Shown here: positions 1 to 9,086 of the stretch, piece after piece
Layout: every line of letters begins with the position of its first letter
Numbering within the stretch: the first letter of the stretch is position 1
Assembly (NCBI GenBank): GCA_938028665.1
Contig: CALIMB010000002.1
Location: forward strand, 33,258 to 97,257
DNA from: an uncultured Thermomicrobium sp.
GTDB taxonomy: Bacteria; Chloroflexota; Chloroflexia; Thermomicrobiales; Thermomicrobiaceae
Direction: 5' to 3'
DNA: 64,000 nucleotides
Position numbers and translations under genes: made by a program
Notes under the pieces: generated by a model
What the model was told of the DNA's origin: nothing
What the model saw: only the letters and a program-made list of their open reading frames with translations
Databases searched by the model: none

Positions 1-887
1 ACTTCCCGCGTCTTGCCTACTTCCTCGCTCGTGACCGCTTTCTCCCACGACAGTTTCGGTTCCAAGGAGAACGTCTGGCCTTTTCCACCGGGATCATCAC
101 GTTGGGCTTGTTGACGAGCATACTCGTCATCGCGCGGCGCGCGAACGTTTCGGCTCTTATCCCGCTGTACGCTGTGGGTGTCTTTACGGCCTTTACCCTT
201 TCTCAGTCCGGTATGGTGGTGCATTGGTGGCGCCAAGCCCACGGTTCTGTGCGGCAGCTGCAGTGGCACAGTTTCCTGATGAACGCTGGAGGCGCACTCA
301 CCACCGGCGTCGTCACGCTTGTCATCCTTATCACCAAGTTCAGGCACGGCGCTTGGTTGATCGTGATCATCATGCCGATCTTAATCGGGATGATGCTTGG
401 TATTCATCGACATTACCTATCGGTCGCCCAGCAGCTGCGTGTTGCGCCCGAGGAAGCGCGCCGCCAACTTCGGCTCGTTCCTCGACGGAATGTGGCGATC
501 GTCCCGATTTCCTCGCTGAACCGGGCATCACTCCTTGCACTGAACTACGCCCGCGCTATCGCCGACGATGTCACTGCCGTCCACGTGGCAACCGAGCCGG
601 AATCAGGGGAACTCCTGCAGCAGCGCTGGCGCGAGGCTGGACTGAATGTTCCCCTGATCATCGTTGAGTCACCGTACCGTGAACTCCTCGGACCCCTAGT
701 AGCCGTTATTGAAAAGCTGCATCGTGAGAAAGGAACCCCACTTATTACCGTTGTTATTCCAGAGTTTGTGCCTGCTCATTGGTGGGAACGAGTGCTCCAT
801 ACCCAAACTGCTTGGCGACTCCGCCAAGCACTCGCCGATCTCTCGGATATCGTCATCACCACGGTGCCATATCACCTCAAGGAATAA
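1..887 (+). CDS. APC-family amino-acid permease, C-terminal part (5' end outside the window)
   Basis: Frame 3 is open from base 3 (FPRLAYFLARDRFLPRQF...), so the listed 102..887 ORF is only the tail of a longer gene. The last TM helices are followed by a ~200-aa cytoplasmic domain (VAIVPISSLNRASL, VVIPEFVPAHWWERVLH) as in long APC permeases. Confidence 0.7.
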   Translation, partial: FPRLAYFLARDRFLPRQFRFQGERLAFSTGIITLGLLTSILVIARRANVSALIPLYAVGVFTAFTLSQSGMVVHWWRQAHGSVRQLQWHSFLMNAGGALTTGVVTLVILITKFRHGAWLIVIIMPILIGMMLGIHRHYLSVAQQLRVAPEEARRQLRLVPRRNVAIVPISSLNRASLLALNYARAIADDVTAVHVATEPESGELLQQRWREAGLNVPLIIVESPYRELLGPLVAVIEKLHREKGTPLITVVIPEFVPAHWWERVLHTQTAWRLRQALADLSDIVITTVPYHLKE

Positions 888-1764
888 ACGGTGCTGGCCG
901 ACGCACCAACACTGGAACAGAGGCCTGGGCAAGCACTTGTTCGGCCGTTGACCCCATGAGGACGTCTCGTAAGCCACCCCAGCCATGTGTGACCATAGCG
1001 ATGAGGTCAACGGCGCGTTCACGTGCGATCTCGACAATCATCTGCGCTGGTCGACCATCGACGACCAACCATTCTGTGCGATAACCACGTTCGGAGAGCT
1101 GTGTCGCCAGCTCGCGCAGATAGACTGCGGGGTCATCTCCCGTGACCTCTGCCTCAATGCGACGGAGGCGTCCCTCGCGGACGTGAAGGAGCAGGACTTC
1201 CCATCCTTCGGTCCCAAGGAGTGGCAAGAGATTCACTGCTTCTTCAGCGAGGCGCGAGCCGTCAAGCGGGACAAGCGCTCGATCGAGGACGAGCTTAGTC
1301 TCATCTGGTGGAGGGACGTGTGCAGGAACCACGAAGACCGGACTCACCCCGCTCGCGATCACCTGCGCGGTGACCGAACCAAGGACCAGACGGCGCCAGC
1401 CAGCACGGGCATGTGCCGCCATGACAAGAAGCGGATCCTTTGTCGCTTCCGCAAGGCGTGTAAGGACGAGTGCTGGATCTCCCTCTTCCACGACGATACG
1501 GATAGGCGTCTCAGTGGGGAAACTTCGGGCAACATCTTCAAGGTAGGTACGACATTCGGCTCGCCAGTCCTCAAGCAGGGCTCGTAAGAGTGCTTGCTCC
1601 TTGACAGAGCGGAGTCCGACTGGAACTTCGAGGACGGCCACGAAGATGACTGGCGCTGCCAGGCGTCGTGCCAGCGCTCGTGCCCACGGCAGGACACGTT
1701 CACTCACCCCGTGTGGTTGGGGCTTGGTGCGGTCAAATTCCAGTGGAACAATGAATGTGGGCAC
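877..1764 (-). CDS. universal stress protein, tandem UspA domains
   Basis: Two Usp-like halves, each ending in the ATP-binding-type motif (LLVMAAHARAGWRRLVLGSVTAQV..PVFVVP and DLIAMVTHGWGGLRDVLMGSTAEQV..PVLVRR). GTG start preceded by GGAGGGAG. Confidence 0.85.
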   Translation of the reverse strand: MPTFIVPLEFDRTKPQPHGVSERVLPWARALARRLAAPVIFVAVLEVPVGLRSVKEQALLRALLEDWRAECRTYLEDVARSFPTETPIRIVVEEGDPALVLTRLAEATKDPLLVMAAHARAGWRRLVLGSVTAQVIASGVSPVFVVPAHVPPPDETKLVLDRALVPLDGSRLAEEAVNLLPLLGTEGWEVLLLHVREGRLRRIEAEVTGDDPAVYLRELATQLSERGYRTEWLVVDGRPAQMIVEIARERAVDLIAMVTHGWGGLRDVLMGSTAEQVLAQASVPVLVRRPAPFIP

Positions 1765-1802
1765 GTCTTTCTCCCTCCTCTAGAGCATCACTCAGTGGTC
1801 TG

Positions 1803-2762
1803 CTACTCGTGTGCTTGCGTCACCTCGGCATGGTGGCGAACCAGTCGTCGCTCCGCGAGGAGCAGCGAGACGATAACGCTGATCGCCAACGTTGCGATCA
1901 CGATACCGAGCGACACTGCTGTGGGGATCTTGTAAAAGTCCTGAATGAGCATTTTGACGCCGATGTAACTCAAGATGAAGGCAAGGCCGTAGCGCAAGTA
2001 GGCTAAGCGTCGGACAAGTCCGGCCAAAAGGAAATACATTGAGCGGAGCCCAAGAATAGCGAAGACGTTTGAAGAGAACACGATGAAGGGGTCACGCGTC
2101 ACGGCAAAGATTGCCGGAATCGAGTCGATGGCAAACATAAGATCGGTCAGCTCGACCAGTACGAGCACAACAATTAGCGGTGTTGCGTAGCGTTTCCCAT
2201 CGATCCGCACGAAGAAGCGCTGCTCAACATAGCGGGGGACGATCGGCGCGAAGCGCGAGACGATACGGATGGCGATGTTATTCTCGACATCCACCTCCCG
2301 TTCCTCGCGTTCCACGAGCATACGGATTCCTGTGAAAACCAGAAAGGCACCAAAGAGGTACAGAACCCAGTGAAACTCTTTGATCAACCAGGCACCGCCC
2401 AGGATCATCGCCCCGCGCATGAGGAGCGCACCCAGGATTCCGTAGTAGAGCACGCGGTGCTGGTACTGTGCCGGAACCGCGAAAGCGGTGAAGATCAAGA
2501 CGAAGACAAACATGTTGTCAGCTGAGAGTGATAGCTCGATTAAGTAACCAGTGAAATACTGTAATCCAGCCTCGTGTCCCGCGATATACCAAAGAAAGAT
2601 ACCAAAGAGCAATGATAATGATACCCAGAAGGTAACCCAAAGACCAGCCTCTCTCATCTCAATGATATGTGCTTTGCGGTGGAAAACGCCAAGGTCGAGG
2701 AGGAGTAGACTGAGGACCAGCCCAATGAATGCCAACCAGCCCCACAGCGGCACTTCGACCAT
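1803..2762 (-). CDS. TerC-family integral membrane protein (Alx/YkoY-like, putative Mn2+ exporter)
   Basis: Polytopic. TerC hallmarks are present: LSADNMFVFVLIF and AIDSIPAIFAVTRDPFIVFSSNVFAILGLRSMYF. ATG preceded by AGGAGG. A yybP-ykoY leader lies upstream. Confidence 0.9.
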   Translation of the reverse strand: MVEVPLWGWLAFIGLVLSLLLLDLGVFHRKAHIIEMREAGLWVTFWVSLSLLFGIFLWYIAGHEAGLQYFTGYLIELSLSADNMFVFVLIFTAFAVPAQYQHRVLYYGILGALLMRGAMILGGAWLIKEFHWVLYLFGAFLVFTGIRMLVEREEREVDVENNIAIRIVSRFAPIVPRYVEQRFFVRIDGKRYATPLIVVLVLVELTDLMFAIDSIPAIFAVTRDPFIVFSSNVFAILGLRSMYFLLAGLVRRLAYLRYGLAFILSYIGVKMLIQDFYKIPTAVSLGIVIATLAISVIVSLLLAERRLVRHHAEVTQAHE

Positions 2763-2789
2763 GGTAATCCCTTACCTCCTTGAGGCTCT

Positions 2790-2950
2790 CTGGCTCTCCC
2801 CACAATGAGCGGAGAGGCGAGCCAGACGAGCCAAATCGCCCGTCGTGGTCTCGCCTCTCCGCATCGCCTCGCCGAGGGATTAACCCTGTGTTGACGACTA
2901 GGCGCACCAGCAGCTTCCTGCTGGGAGGCTACTCCCCACGCAACGAGCAG
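2790..2950 (-). promoter_or_regulatory. yybP-ykoY (Mn2+) riboswitch leader of the TerC gene
   Basis: The minus strand reads CGUGGGGAGUAGCC ... AGUCGUCAACACAGG ... GGCGAGACCACG. These are the conserved GGGGAGUAG, GUCAACA and GAGACC blocks, with CGUGG/CCACG closing P1. The 3' aptamer segment GCGGAGAGGCGAG can alternatively pair with the downstream CUCGCCUCUCCGC. A TTGCGC-17-TAGACT promoter-like pair (2972-2977 / 2949-2954) puts the TSS at the aptamer 5' end. Confidence 0.75.
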
Positions 2951-3401
2951 TCTACCGCATCGTTGCCCGTGGCGCAAGCTCCCGCAGACCTCTGGGGCGT
3001 ACGCAGGATCGATCTGATGCTATCCGCATGAGCCCGGTCGCTGTCTCTATCGCTCTTTCTACTGAAGTACCGCTCTTGCTATGCCGCCGAGGTTTCGGTC
3101 TCCCAAAGTAACCACCGTGGATGTGATTGGCGATCCCAATTCAGTTACCGAGTTCTTGCACCAGCTGATTCGTGGTAGAGTCCATGTGGAGCGGAGTGGC
3201 GCAATGGTGGACGAGCTAGATGCCGAGGTCGAGCCGGCTCTCTCCCATAGGGGCTTGCACCTTTCCCTAGGAGGTTTGACGAAGAACAGGAGGCGCGTCT
3301 CCGCGCGCAGATTCGGTTCCTTGCAGGAGCACGCTGCAAGCGACGTACATTCCGGTTGACGAACGCTGATGGTCAGCTGTCTCGTCGGTGGGAAGAAGGG
3401 G

Positions 3402-4790
3402 ATGACGCCGAATACGCGCGCTCATCATGTAATCCGTGAGCTCGCAACGTTGCTTGGCTATCGGGAGACGAGTCCAGTGAAACGCGCGGCATGTGTGCTC
3501 CGGCAGCTCAAGCGGAACAGCAACCGGCTGAACGCTATCCTCACGCTCACCCCAGTATGTGCAGGGGGAGAGGGCCGGTGCGCGGAAGCGGATGCGACGG
3601 CAGGTATCGAGCGCAGCTCCTTCCACGGAATTCTAAACAGTGTCAGAGGCCTTCTCGCTGCTGCTGGGTGCCCAACGGCCTGGGGAGAGGAGCTGCTCCG
3701 TCAGCAGTGTTTCTCGGAAGACGCGACAGCGGTCGCCCGTGTGCGCCAGGCTCGCGCGATCCGAGTGGCCACGACCAAGCCCGCGGTAGAACTCGTCGGC
3801 GGAATGGGGTACGAGCAGCCACATGCGCCGAGTATCATCCCCTGGAACGTGAACGCGCGGAGCGGTGATTCTTCGACCAGGTTCACGGCAGCTGTGACGG
3901 GTCACCTCGGTCTCTTCATAACTGAGACGAGGGGATCGATCATCGTTGCTGCTAGTTCTTGCGGCGCGACCAGACCCTACTCTACTGATAAGGGAAGAAG
4001 TCGCCCTGGAGCGATGTCCCTGAGCTGGACACTGGACAAGATCGGCCTGCTGGCGCAGAGCCTAGCTCATGGTGCGCCCATGCTTGCCACAGTTGCTCGC
4101 CCCAAGCCACTTGATTCAGCGACCATTCTGCAGGTGCGGTCCAACGCGCGCGAGTCCAAACGGAGGCAGCGTTTTTGGCGCAGCGCCCCCGCGACGACGT
4201 TGGAGTTAGCAGAGCATGAGGGGGTCGCGAATGTCCCCACGCCCCTGGCGGTCTTAAGCAAGTTCGCGATGCTTGAGCCGATTGCACGCTGTAATCGCCC
4301 ATCCAGCAAGGTCATTTGTCTTGTGCTCAACGCGAAGGTCACACCTGTCCTCGAGGAGCTGATGGCACTTGGGGTGACGCACAGGCTCACCGGGCCCAAA
4401 GATCGAGTCGGTGACGCTGTTGTTCTCACTGTTCCGGCAGTCGTTGGTCTCCAAGTCTGGCGAAGCGGTTGTACGGTGCGAGAGAAGTTTGCATCGTTGC
4501 TTGCCCTCAACGATGTGGTGGTTCTTCCATGTATGCTGGTCATTGCCAATTCGTTGGGGAGCCGTTTGGGCGCATCTGCAGGAATGACACAGCGCATCTT
4601 GCTGAGTGCGGCGAGGAACCTGATAGAACTACCGACAACGAGCGTGTCCAAGGGGTCAGGTGAGTGTGGCTTCGTGACCAGACCGCAAATCGTGGGGCCG
4701 ATCGGCGAGAACACGCCGTGCGCTGTTGCTCGTCCTTACCAAGCACACACCGAGTGGCAACGCCATCGGCGATTTTTTGTCGTCATCTGA
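3402..4790 (+). CDS. amidase-signature (AS) family homologue with degenerate catalytic motifs
   Basis: Collinear by eye with amidases from the N-terminus (ELATLLGYRETSPVK) to the C-terminus (LPTTSVSKGSGECGF...AHTEWQRHRR). However, GGSSGGS reads GDSSTRF, TDTGGSIR reads TETRGSII, and the Lys-region VKD reads VRG. The ORF track starts at 3369; ATG 3402 follows a purine-rich GGGAAGAAGGGG. Confidence 0.6.
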   Translation: MTPNTRAHHVIRELATLLGYRETSPVKRAACVLRQLKRNSNRLNAILTLTPVCAGGEGRCAEADATAGIERSSFHGILNSVRGLLAAAGCPTAWGEELLRQQCFSEDATAVARVRQARAIRVATTKPAVELVGGMGYEQPHAPSIIPWNVNARSGDSSTRFTAAVTGHLGLFITETRGSIIVAASSCGATRPYSTDKGRSRPGAMSLSWTLDKIGLLAQSLAHGAPMLATVARPKPLDSATILQVRSNARESKRRQRFWRSAPATTLELAEHEGVANVPTPLAVLSKFAMLEPIARCNRPSSKVICLVLNAKVTPVLEELMALGVTHRLTGPKDRVGDAVVLTVPAVVGLQVWRSGCTVREKFASLLALNDVVVLPCMLVIANSLGSRLGASAGMTQRILLSAARNLIELPTTSVSKGSGECGFVTRPQIVGPIGENTPCAVARPYQAHTEWQRHRRFFVVI

Positions 4791-4799
4791 GGTGCTGCT

Positions 4800-5891
4800 G
4801 TGGAGCTTTGCCTCGATCTCTCACACTCTCGTTGGACTCGAGCCCGTGATCCGCGTGCTGCAGTGGCGTGGACGCTTCAGACGATCGCAGCTGCCGATCG
4901 CGGGGGGTTCCACTCGGTCTGGCTGAGTGAGGATCCTGACGGTTGGGATGCCATTGCTGTTGCGGCTGCTGCGGCGCCGCGTACGGAACGGATTTACCTT
5001 GGAACCGGTGTCACGAACCCGTTTCTGCGTCATCCGGTACAGATGGCCCTGGCACTCGCGACACTCGATCGCCTCACTGGTGGGCGCGCTTTTCTTGGTC
5101 TGGGGCGTGGGCAACCAGAGTTTTATCGCTTCGGCCTTGGGATAGAGGCGAGGGAGCCACTGGTTGCGCTGGCTGAGACGCTCCAACTTCTCCAACAGTG
5201 GTGGCAGCCACCGTACCGTGCCTCCCTCGATGGGAAGCATTTTCGGATTCGGGACTGGCCGTTGAGCGTCACGCCGGTGCAGCATCGGATTCCTATCTAT
5301 CTTGCGGCGCTGGGGCCGCAAGCGCGCGCGCTTGCGGCGCGGTTCGCTGATGGTATCTTGATTGCCGATTTTGCCAGCGAACTGTTTCTCTCGCAGATCC
5401 TCCCCGAGCTCCGTGCTACTGTCGTGGCGGCGGGTCGCGATCCCAGGGCATTCTCTGTTTTCCTGCGGGGCAACCTTGTCCTAACGGACGATCCAGAGCC
5501 AGAGCTTGAAGAGCGGAAAGTCGTCTTCGCCTTGCTCTGCACGCTTCCGGGGATGGCACAGCAGGTGATTGTCCCTGGTTTCGACACAGAGCGCCTGATT
5601 GTTGACCTCCGTCGGATCCTCGGCACTGAAGACTACCTTCGTGCTGGCCGACCCTGGCATGATCTGCGGAAGTCCATCGATCCAAGAGTGATCCGCAAAC
5701 TGGTTCCAACCGAACTTCTTGCCCAGCTCTGCTTGGTCGGGTCAGCAAAAGAACTCCGAGCGCGGCTGGCTCGTCTTGCCGCGCTCGGTGTGACGCACGT
5801 CTTCGCTCGCGCGCTTCCCCAACCGGATCCCGAGGACTATCAGCGGCTCGTCGGAGAACTTCTTAGCGTTCCAGTGGAGCAGGAGTCGTGA
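4800..5891 (+). CDS. LLM-class (luciferase-like) flavin/F420-dependent oxidoreductase
   Basis: GFHSVWLSEDPDGWDA...LGTGVTNPFLRHPVQMALALATLDRLTGGRAFLGLGRG is a typical LLM fold signature. GTG start lies 9 nt after the upstream stop, and its SD-like TGAGGTG spans that stop codon. Confidence 0.85.
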   Translation: MELCLDLSHSRWTRARDPRAAVAWTLQTIAAADRGGFHSVWLSEDPDGWDAIAVAAAAAPRTERIYLGTGVTNPFLRHPVQMALALATLDRLTGGRAFLGLGRGQPEFYRFGLGIEAREPLVALAETLQLLQQWWQPPYRASLDGKHFRIRDWPLSVTPVQHRIPIYLAALGPQARALAARFADGILIADFASELFLSQILPELRATVVAAGRDPRAFSVFLRGNLVLTDDPEPELEERKVVFALLCTLPGMAQQVIVPGFDTERLIVDLRRILGTEDYLRAGRPWHDLRKSIDPRVIRKLVPTELLAQLCLVGSAKELRARLARLAALGVTHVFARALPQPDPEDYQRLVGELLSVPVEQES

Positions 5892-7044
5892 ATCCACAGG
5901 TGGCAGTTTGCCCAATGTTGCTGCCCACCGGCGGAAGTGGCCGCATGTCAGTGATTGTTGCCGATGTGAGGTAGCCCTCTGCACTGACCACGAATGGCGC
6001 AGCGTGGTCGAGCAAGACCTGCTGATAGATCATCTCATAAGCATCGGTCATGGCTGTGCTCGAGAAGTGCTGCTCGACATGGCGGCGGCAGGCAGCACGA
6101 TCGAGCTGCTCAATGCGTTGTACTGCCTGGACCATTTCATCGAGGGTCCGGCTGCGGCAGATCACGCCTGTCACGCCATCGAGAACGATTTCTTCGACCG
6201 CCCCGCCGGGGAAAGCAACAACCGGCGTTCCGCAGGCCATGGACTCGATCAGCACCAGACCGAAAGGCTCTGGCCAATCGATCGGGAACAGAAGTGCGAG
6301 CGCCCCGCCAAGGAGTTTCGCCTTCTGCTGGTCGTCGATCTCACCGAGATACTCGACTCCTGGTGTGCCGAGTAGCGGCAGGAAGTGCTCCTCCGCCCAC
6401 TCGCGGTCAGCTGGGTCGATCTTTGCGCCGATCTTCAGCCGGAGGCCGGCGCGACGCGCAACTTCGATAGCCCAGTCCGGTCGCTTCTCGGGGGAGATGC
6501 GGCCGACAAAGGCAAGGTATGGTGGATCGTCCGGTTCAGGTTGGAAGGGGAAGCGTTCCAAACAAACACCGTTATAGACAGTGCCGACCCAGCGCAAGGG
6601 CAAATCCGCAACCGGCGTTCGTTGACTCCAGCTAATACTGATCAGCCGCTGGTCGGAGAAGCGGGAGAGAACCCGGCGTGTCTCGGGAAGATCGAGCCGA
6701 CCGTGGAGTGTCGTCACCGTCGGTGTCGTCACTCCACGAGCAAAAGGAAACGTTAAGTAATCAACATGAGAATGGATAAGATCGAACTCATCCGCCTGGG
6801 CATAGACCTCCTCAAGCATCGCGACGTGCCAGGCGATCGGATCCTTTGTCCCAAGGAGACGCAATCCTCCATCAGCCATGGGCACTAAGCGTGCGCTCGT
6901 TTGGGAGTCGGCGGTGGCAAAGAGCGTCACCTCATGCCCACGCCGCACAAGTTCCTCGACCAGCGCAGAGACGACTCGCTCGGTTCCACCGTACAACTTG
7001 GGGGGCACCGCTTCAATGAGCGGCGCGATCTGCGCGATCCGCAT
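5863..7044 (-). CDS. GT4-family glycosyltransferase
   Basis: MRIAQIAPLIEAVPPKLYGGTERVVSALVEELVRRGHEVTLFA N-terminus, and an EPFGLVLIESMACGTPVV (E-x7-E type) C-domain. ATG 7044 has GGGAGGTG 6 nt upstream. The longer 7170 start in the ORF track adds a non-homologous extension. Confidence 0.9.
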   Translation of the reverse strand: MRIAQIAPLIEAVPPKLYGGTERVVSALVEELVRRGHEVTLFATADSQTSARLVPMADGGLRLLGTKDPIAWHVAMLEEVYAQADEFDLIHSHVDYLTFPFARGVTTPTVTTLHGRLDLPETRRVLSRFSDQRLISISWSQRTPVADLPLRWVGTVYNGVCLERFPFQPEPDDPPYLAFVGRISPEKRPDWAIEVARRAGLRLKIGAKIDPADREWAEEHFLPLLGTPGVEYLGEIDDQQKAKLLGGALALLFPIDWPEPFGLVLIESMACGTPVVAFPGGAVEEIVLDGVTGVICRSRTLDEMVQAVQRIEQLDRAACRRHVEQHFSSTAMTDAYEMIYQQVLLDHAAPFVVSAEGYLTSATITDMRPLPPVGSNIGQTATCGFTTPAPLER

Positions 7045-7758
7045 GGCATCACCTCCCGTCCCTGACCCGTTTTGGTCGCTCGGGATGCCGGCGGCGGCTC
7101 GCGCCGGCGTGCATCGTCTGCCAACCAACGGAACATAACGCATTGAGTGGGTGCGTGTCAAGTCAGGCATACAACACGACGCAATTTCCGGCTGCTTCAG
7201 ATGCTCGAACGGTTGGGGAAGAAGGATCAGCAGAACCTATTCGTTCGGGTGGAATATTGTCGCCGGTAGCTTGTCACAGTTTCTCTCAGAGTATCGCCGC
7301 GCCAGCAACCTATGCTTGGCCATCAAGCCATACGCTTGCTTCCCTACACGTCCTGCAGTATGGTCAGTCCAGGTGGGGCTATGTGCACCTGTGATCCTTT
7401 GATGAGAAAGGCTGACGGAGAACGATCGTATTCCAGTTGTGGCGTGAGGAAGATCGTCAGACTCTTGAGGGTCGGATACTGCACGGAATTCGGCAAGCTG
7501 GTGGGTTACCGCCAAGATCATCCTTGCTCCGCATGCCAGGGAGAGGATTGCCAGGAAGAGGGAGAAGCTGGCTCTCTTGGCGCTGCGGTTTGTTGGTGTC
7601 TCGTGGAGTAGGCTCGCCGGCACTACACTTCACAGCGAGGGCTGTATTCGACGTATTGCGAGTGCTGATCAAAGCGATCTCCGTTTTCTCAGTTATCCCT
7701 GCGAGGGCTGAGCATACAGGTTTTCGGCCAGTGTTTACTTATAGCCTTCTTCCCAAAG

Positions 7759-9030
7759 ATGGGATACAATGCGCCGGGAAAAGAGGCTATTGTGGACAGT
7801 GCACTGACGCACCTTAGCTGTACGGCCTGTGGCGCCGAATTCGCTGCTGATGAACTCCACAGTACATGTTCGTCCTGCGGCGGTGTGCTCGCTGCGTGCT
7901 ACGACCTTGAGCGTGTGCGCCGGACGTTCCATCCTGATCGGTTGGACGAGCGTCCGTGGAACCTCTGGCGCTATGCGGAGTTGCTGCCGGTGCGCCAGAT
8001 GCGGTTTCGCCTGACATTGGGAGAAGGCGGGACGCCACTCCTGACGGCGGAGCGTTTGGCGCGCCAGCTCGGTCTTCGGCAGCTTTGGCTCAAGGATGAG
8101 AGTCGCAATCCGACCGGGAGTTTCAAGGCGCGCGGTTTGGCAGTTGCTGTGAGTCGTGCAGTGGAGTTAGGTGCTCAGGCCGTTGCATTGCCCTCGGCGG
8201 GGAATGCTGCTGCGGCACTGAGTGCTTACGCCGCGCGAGCGGGTATTCCGGCTTACGTCTTTGTCCCGGCCGATACACCACGGACGATCCTCGCGGAGTG
8301 CCTCGCCTACGGTGCCCAGGTCTATCGGGTGCGTGGGCTGATCACTGACTGTGGGCGGCTTGTCCGGCGTCTGGCTGCCGAACGTGGTTGGGTCGATCTC
8401 TCGACCCTCCGTGAGCCTTACCGGGCTGAGGGAAAGAAGACAATGGGAATTGAGCTGATTGAGCAGCTCGGTTGGCGGGTTCCCGATGTGATTGTCTATC
8501 CCACCGGGGGTGGTACTGGTATCGTGGGGATGTGGAAAGCGTTTAGCGAACTTGAGATGCTTGGGCTGCTCGGTCCAGAGCGGCCGCGCCTCGTGCTGGT
8601 ACAACCAGAGGGGTGTGCACCACTTGTCCATGCGTTCCATGAAGGGAGGTCGTCCGCTGCGCCGTGGGACCATGCCACGACGGTTGCTCCCGGTTTGCGC
8701 GTGCCGATGACGATCGGGGATCGGTTGGTGCTCGAGGCCGTGCGGCGGAGTGGTGGTACTGCTGTCGCGGTGAGCGATGCGGCGCTGCTCGCAGGAGTGC
8801 GGCTACTGGCTTCTACCGAAGGCGTACTTGTGTCTCCCGAAGCTGGTGCGACGCTTGCAGCGATTCTCGCACTCCGCGAGAGCGGCTGGCTGTCTCCTGC
8901 AGACGAAGTTGTGCTTTTTCTCACTGGCAACGGCCTCAAGCATCCCGAGCTTCTCCCGGATGCTGATCATTGCCCAGTACTCGACCCCGATGCACCGGAG
9001 TTCATGACGCAAGACAGCAGGGCATGTTGA
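7759..9030 (+). CDS. thrC: threonine synthase
   Basis: N-terminal Cys4 ribbon (CTACG...CSSCGG), the PLP-lysine motif PTGSFKARG, and GNAAAALSAYAA. An alternative in-frame GTG at 7792 has the better SD (AAGAGG, 5-nt spacing). Confidence 0.9.
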   Translation: MGYNAPGKEAIVDSALTHLSCTACGAEFAADELHSTCSSCGGVLAACYDLERVRRTFHPDRLDERPWNLWRYAELLPVRQMRFRLTLGEGGTPLLTAERLARQLGLRQLWLKDESRNPTGSFKARGLAVAVSRAVELGAQAVALPSAGNAAAALSAYAARAGIPAYVFVPADTPRTILAECLAYGAQVYRVRGLITDCGRLVRRLAAERGWVDLSTLREPYRAEGKKTMGIELIEQLGWRVPDVIVYPTGGGTGIVGMWKAFSELEMLGLLGPERPRLVLVQPEGCAPLVHAFHEGRSSAAPWDHATTVAPGLRVPMTIGDRLVLEAVRRSGGTAVAVSDAALLAGVRLLASTEGVLVSPEAGATLAAILALRESGWLSPADEVVLFLTGNGLKHPELLPDADHCPVLDPDAPEFMTQDSRAC

Positions 9031-9086
9031 TATGGCTGTTGCGTAGCCTGCTGTCAGCTTTGTCTCTGACATTTCCGGCTGAAACG

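Noticed and set aside
3081-3359. 92-aa plus-strand ORF between the riboswitch promoter and the amidase-like gene
   Set aside because: No SD, no recognisable motif, and it is overlapped by equally long ORFs on the other strand.
4067-4714. 215-aa minus-strand ORF inside the amidase-like gene
   Set aside because: The plus-strand frame shows end-to-end amidase collinearity. The antisense ORF has no motifs.
5863-7170. 435-aa version of the GT4 gene; likewise the long N-terminal extensions listed for mutM (10049), efp (32183), nfo (59723), the cpn60-like gene (48596) and the hypothetical protein (36847)
   Set aside because: In each case an internal start with a good SD coincides with the conserved family N-terminus. 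The upstream extension is non-homologous, and for mutM it is incompatible with the catalytic N-terminal proline.
7237-7623. 128-aa minus-strand ORF with one TM helix in the GT4/thrC divergent spacer
   Set aside because: GTG start without SD, no family motifs, and several overlapping ORFs of similar length in other frames. It cannot be distinguished from chance; it would need conservation or expression evidence.
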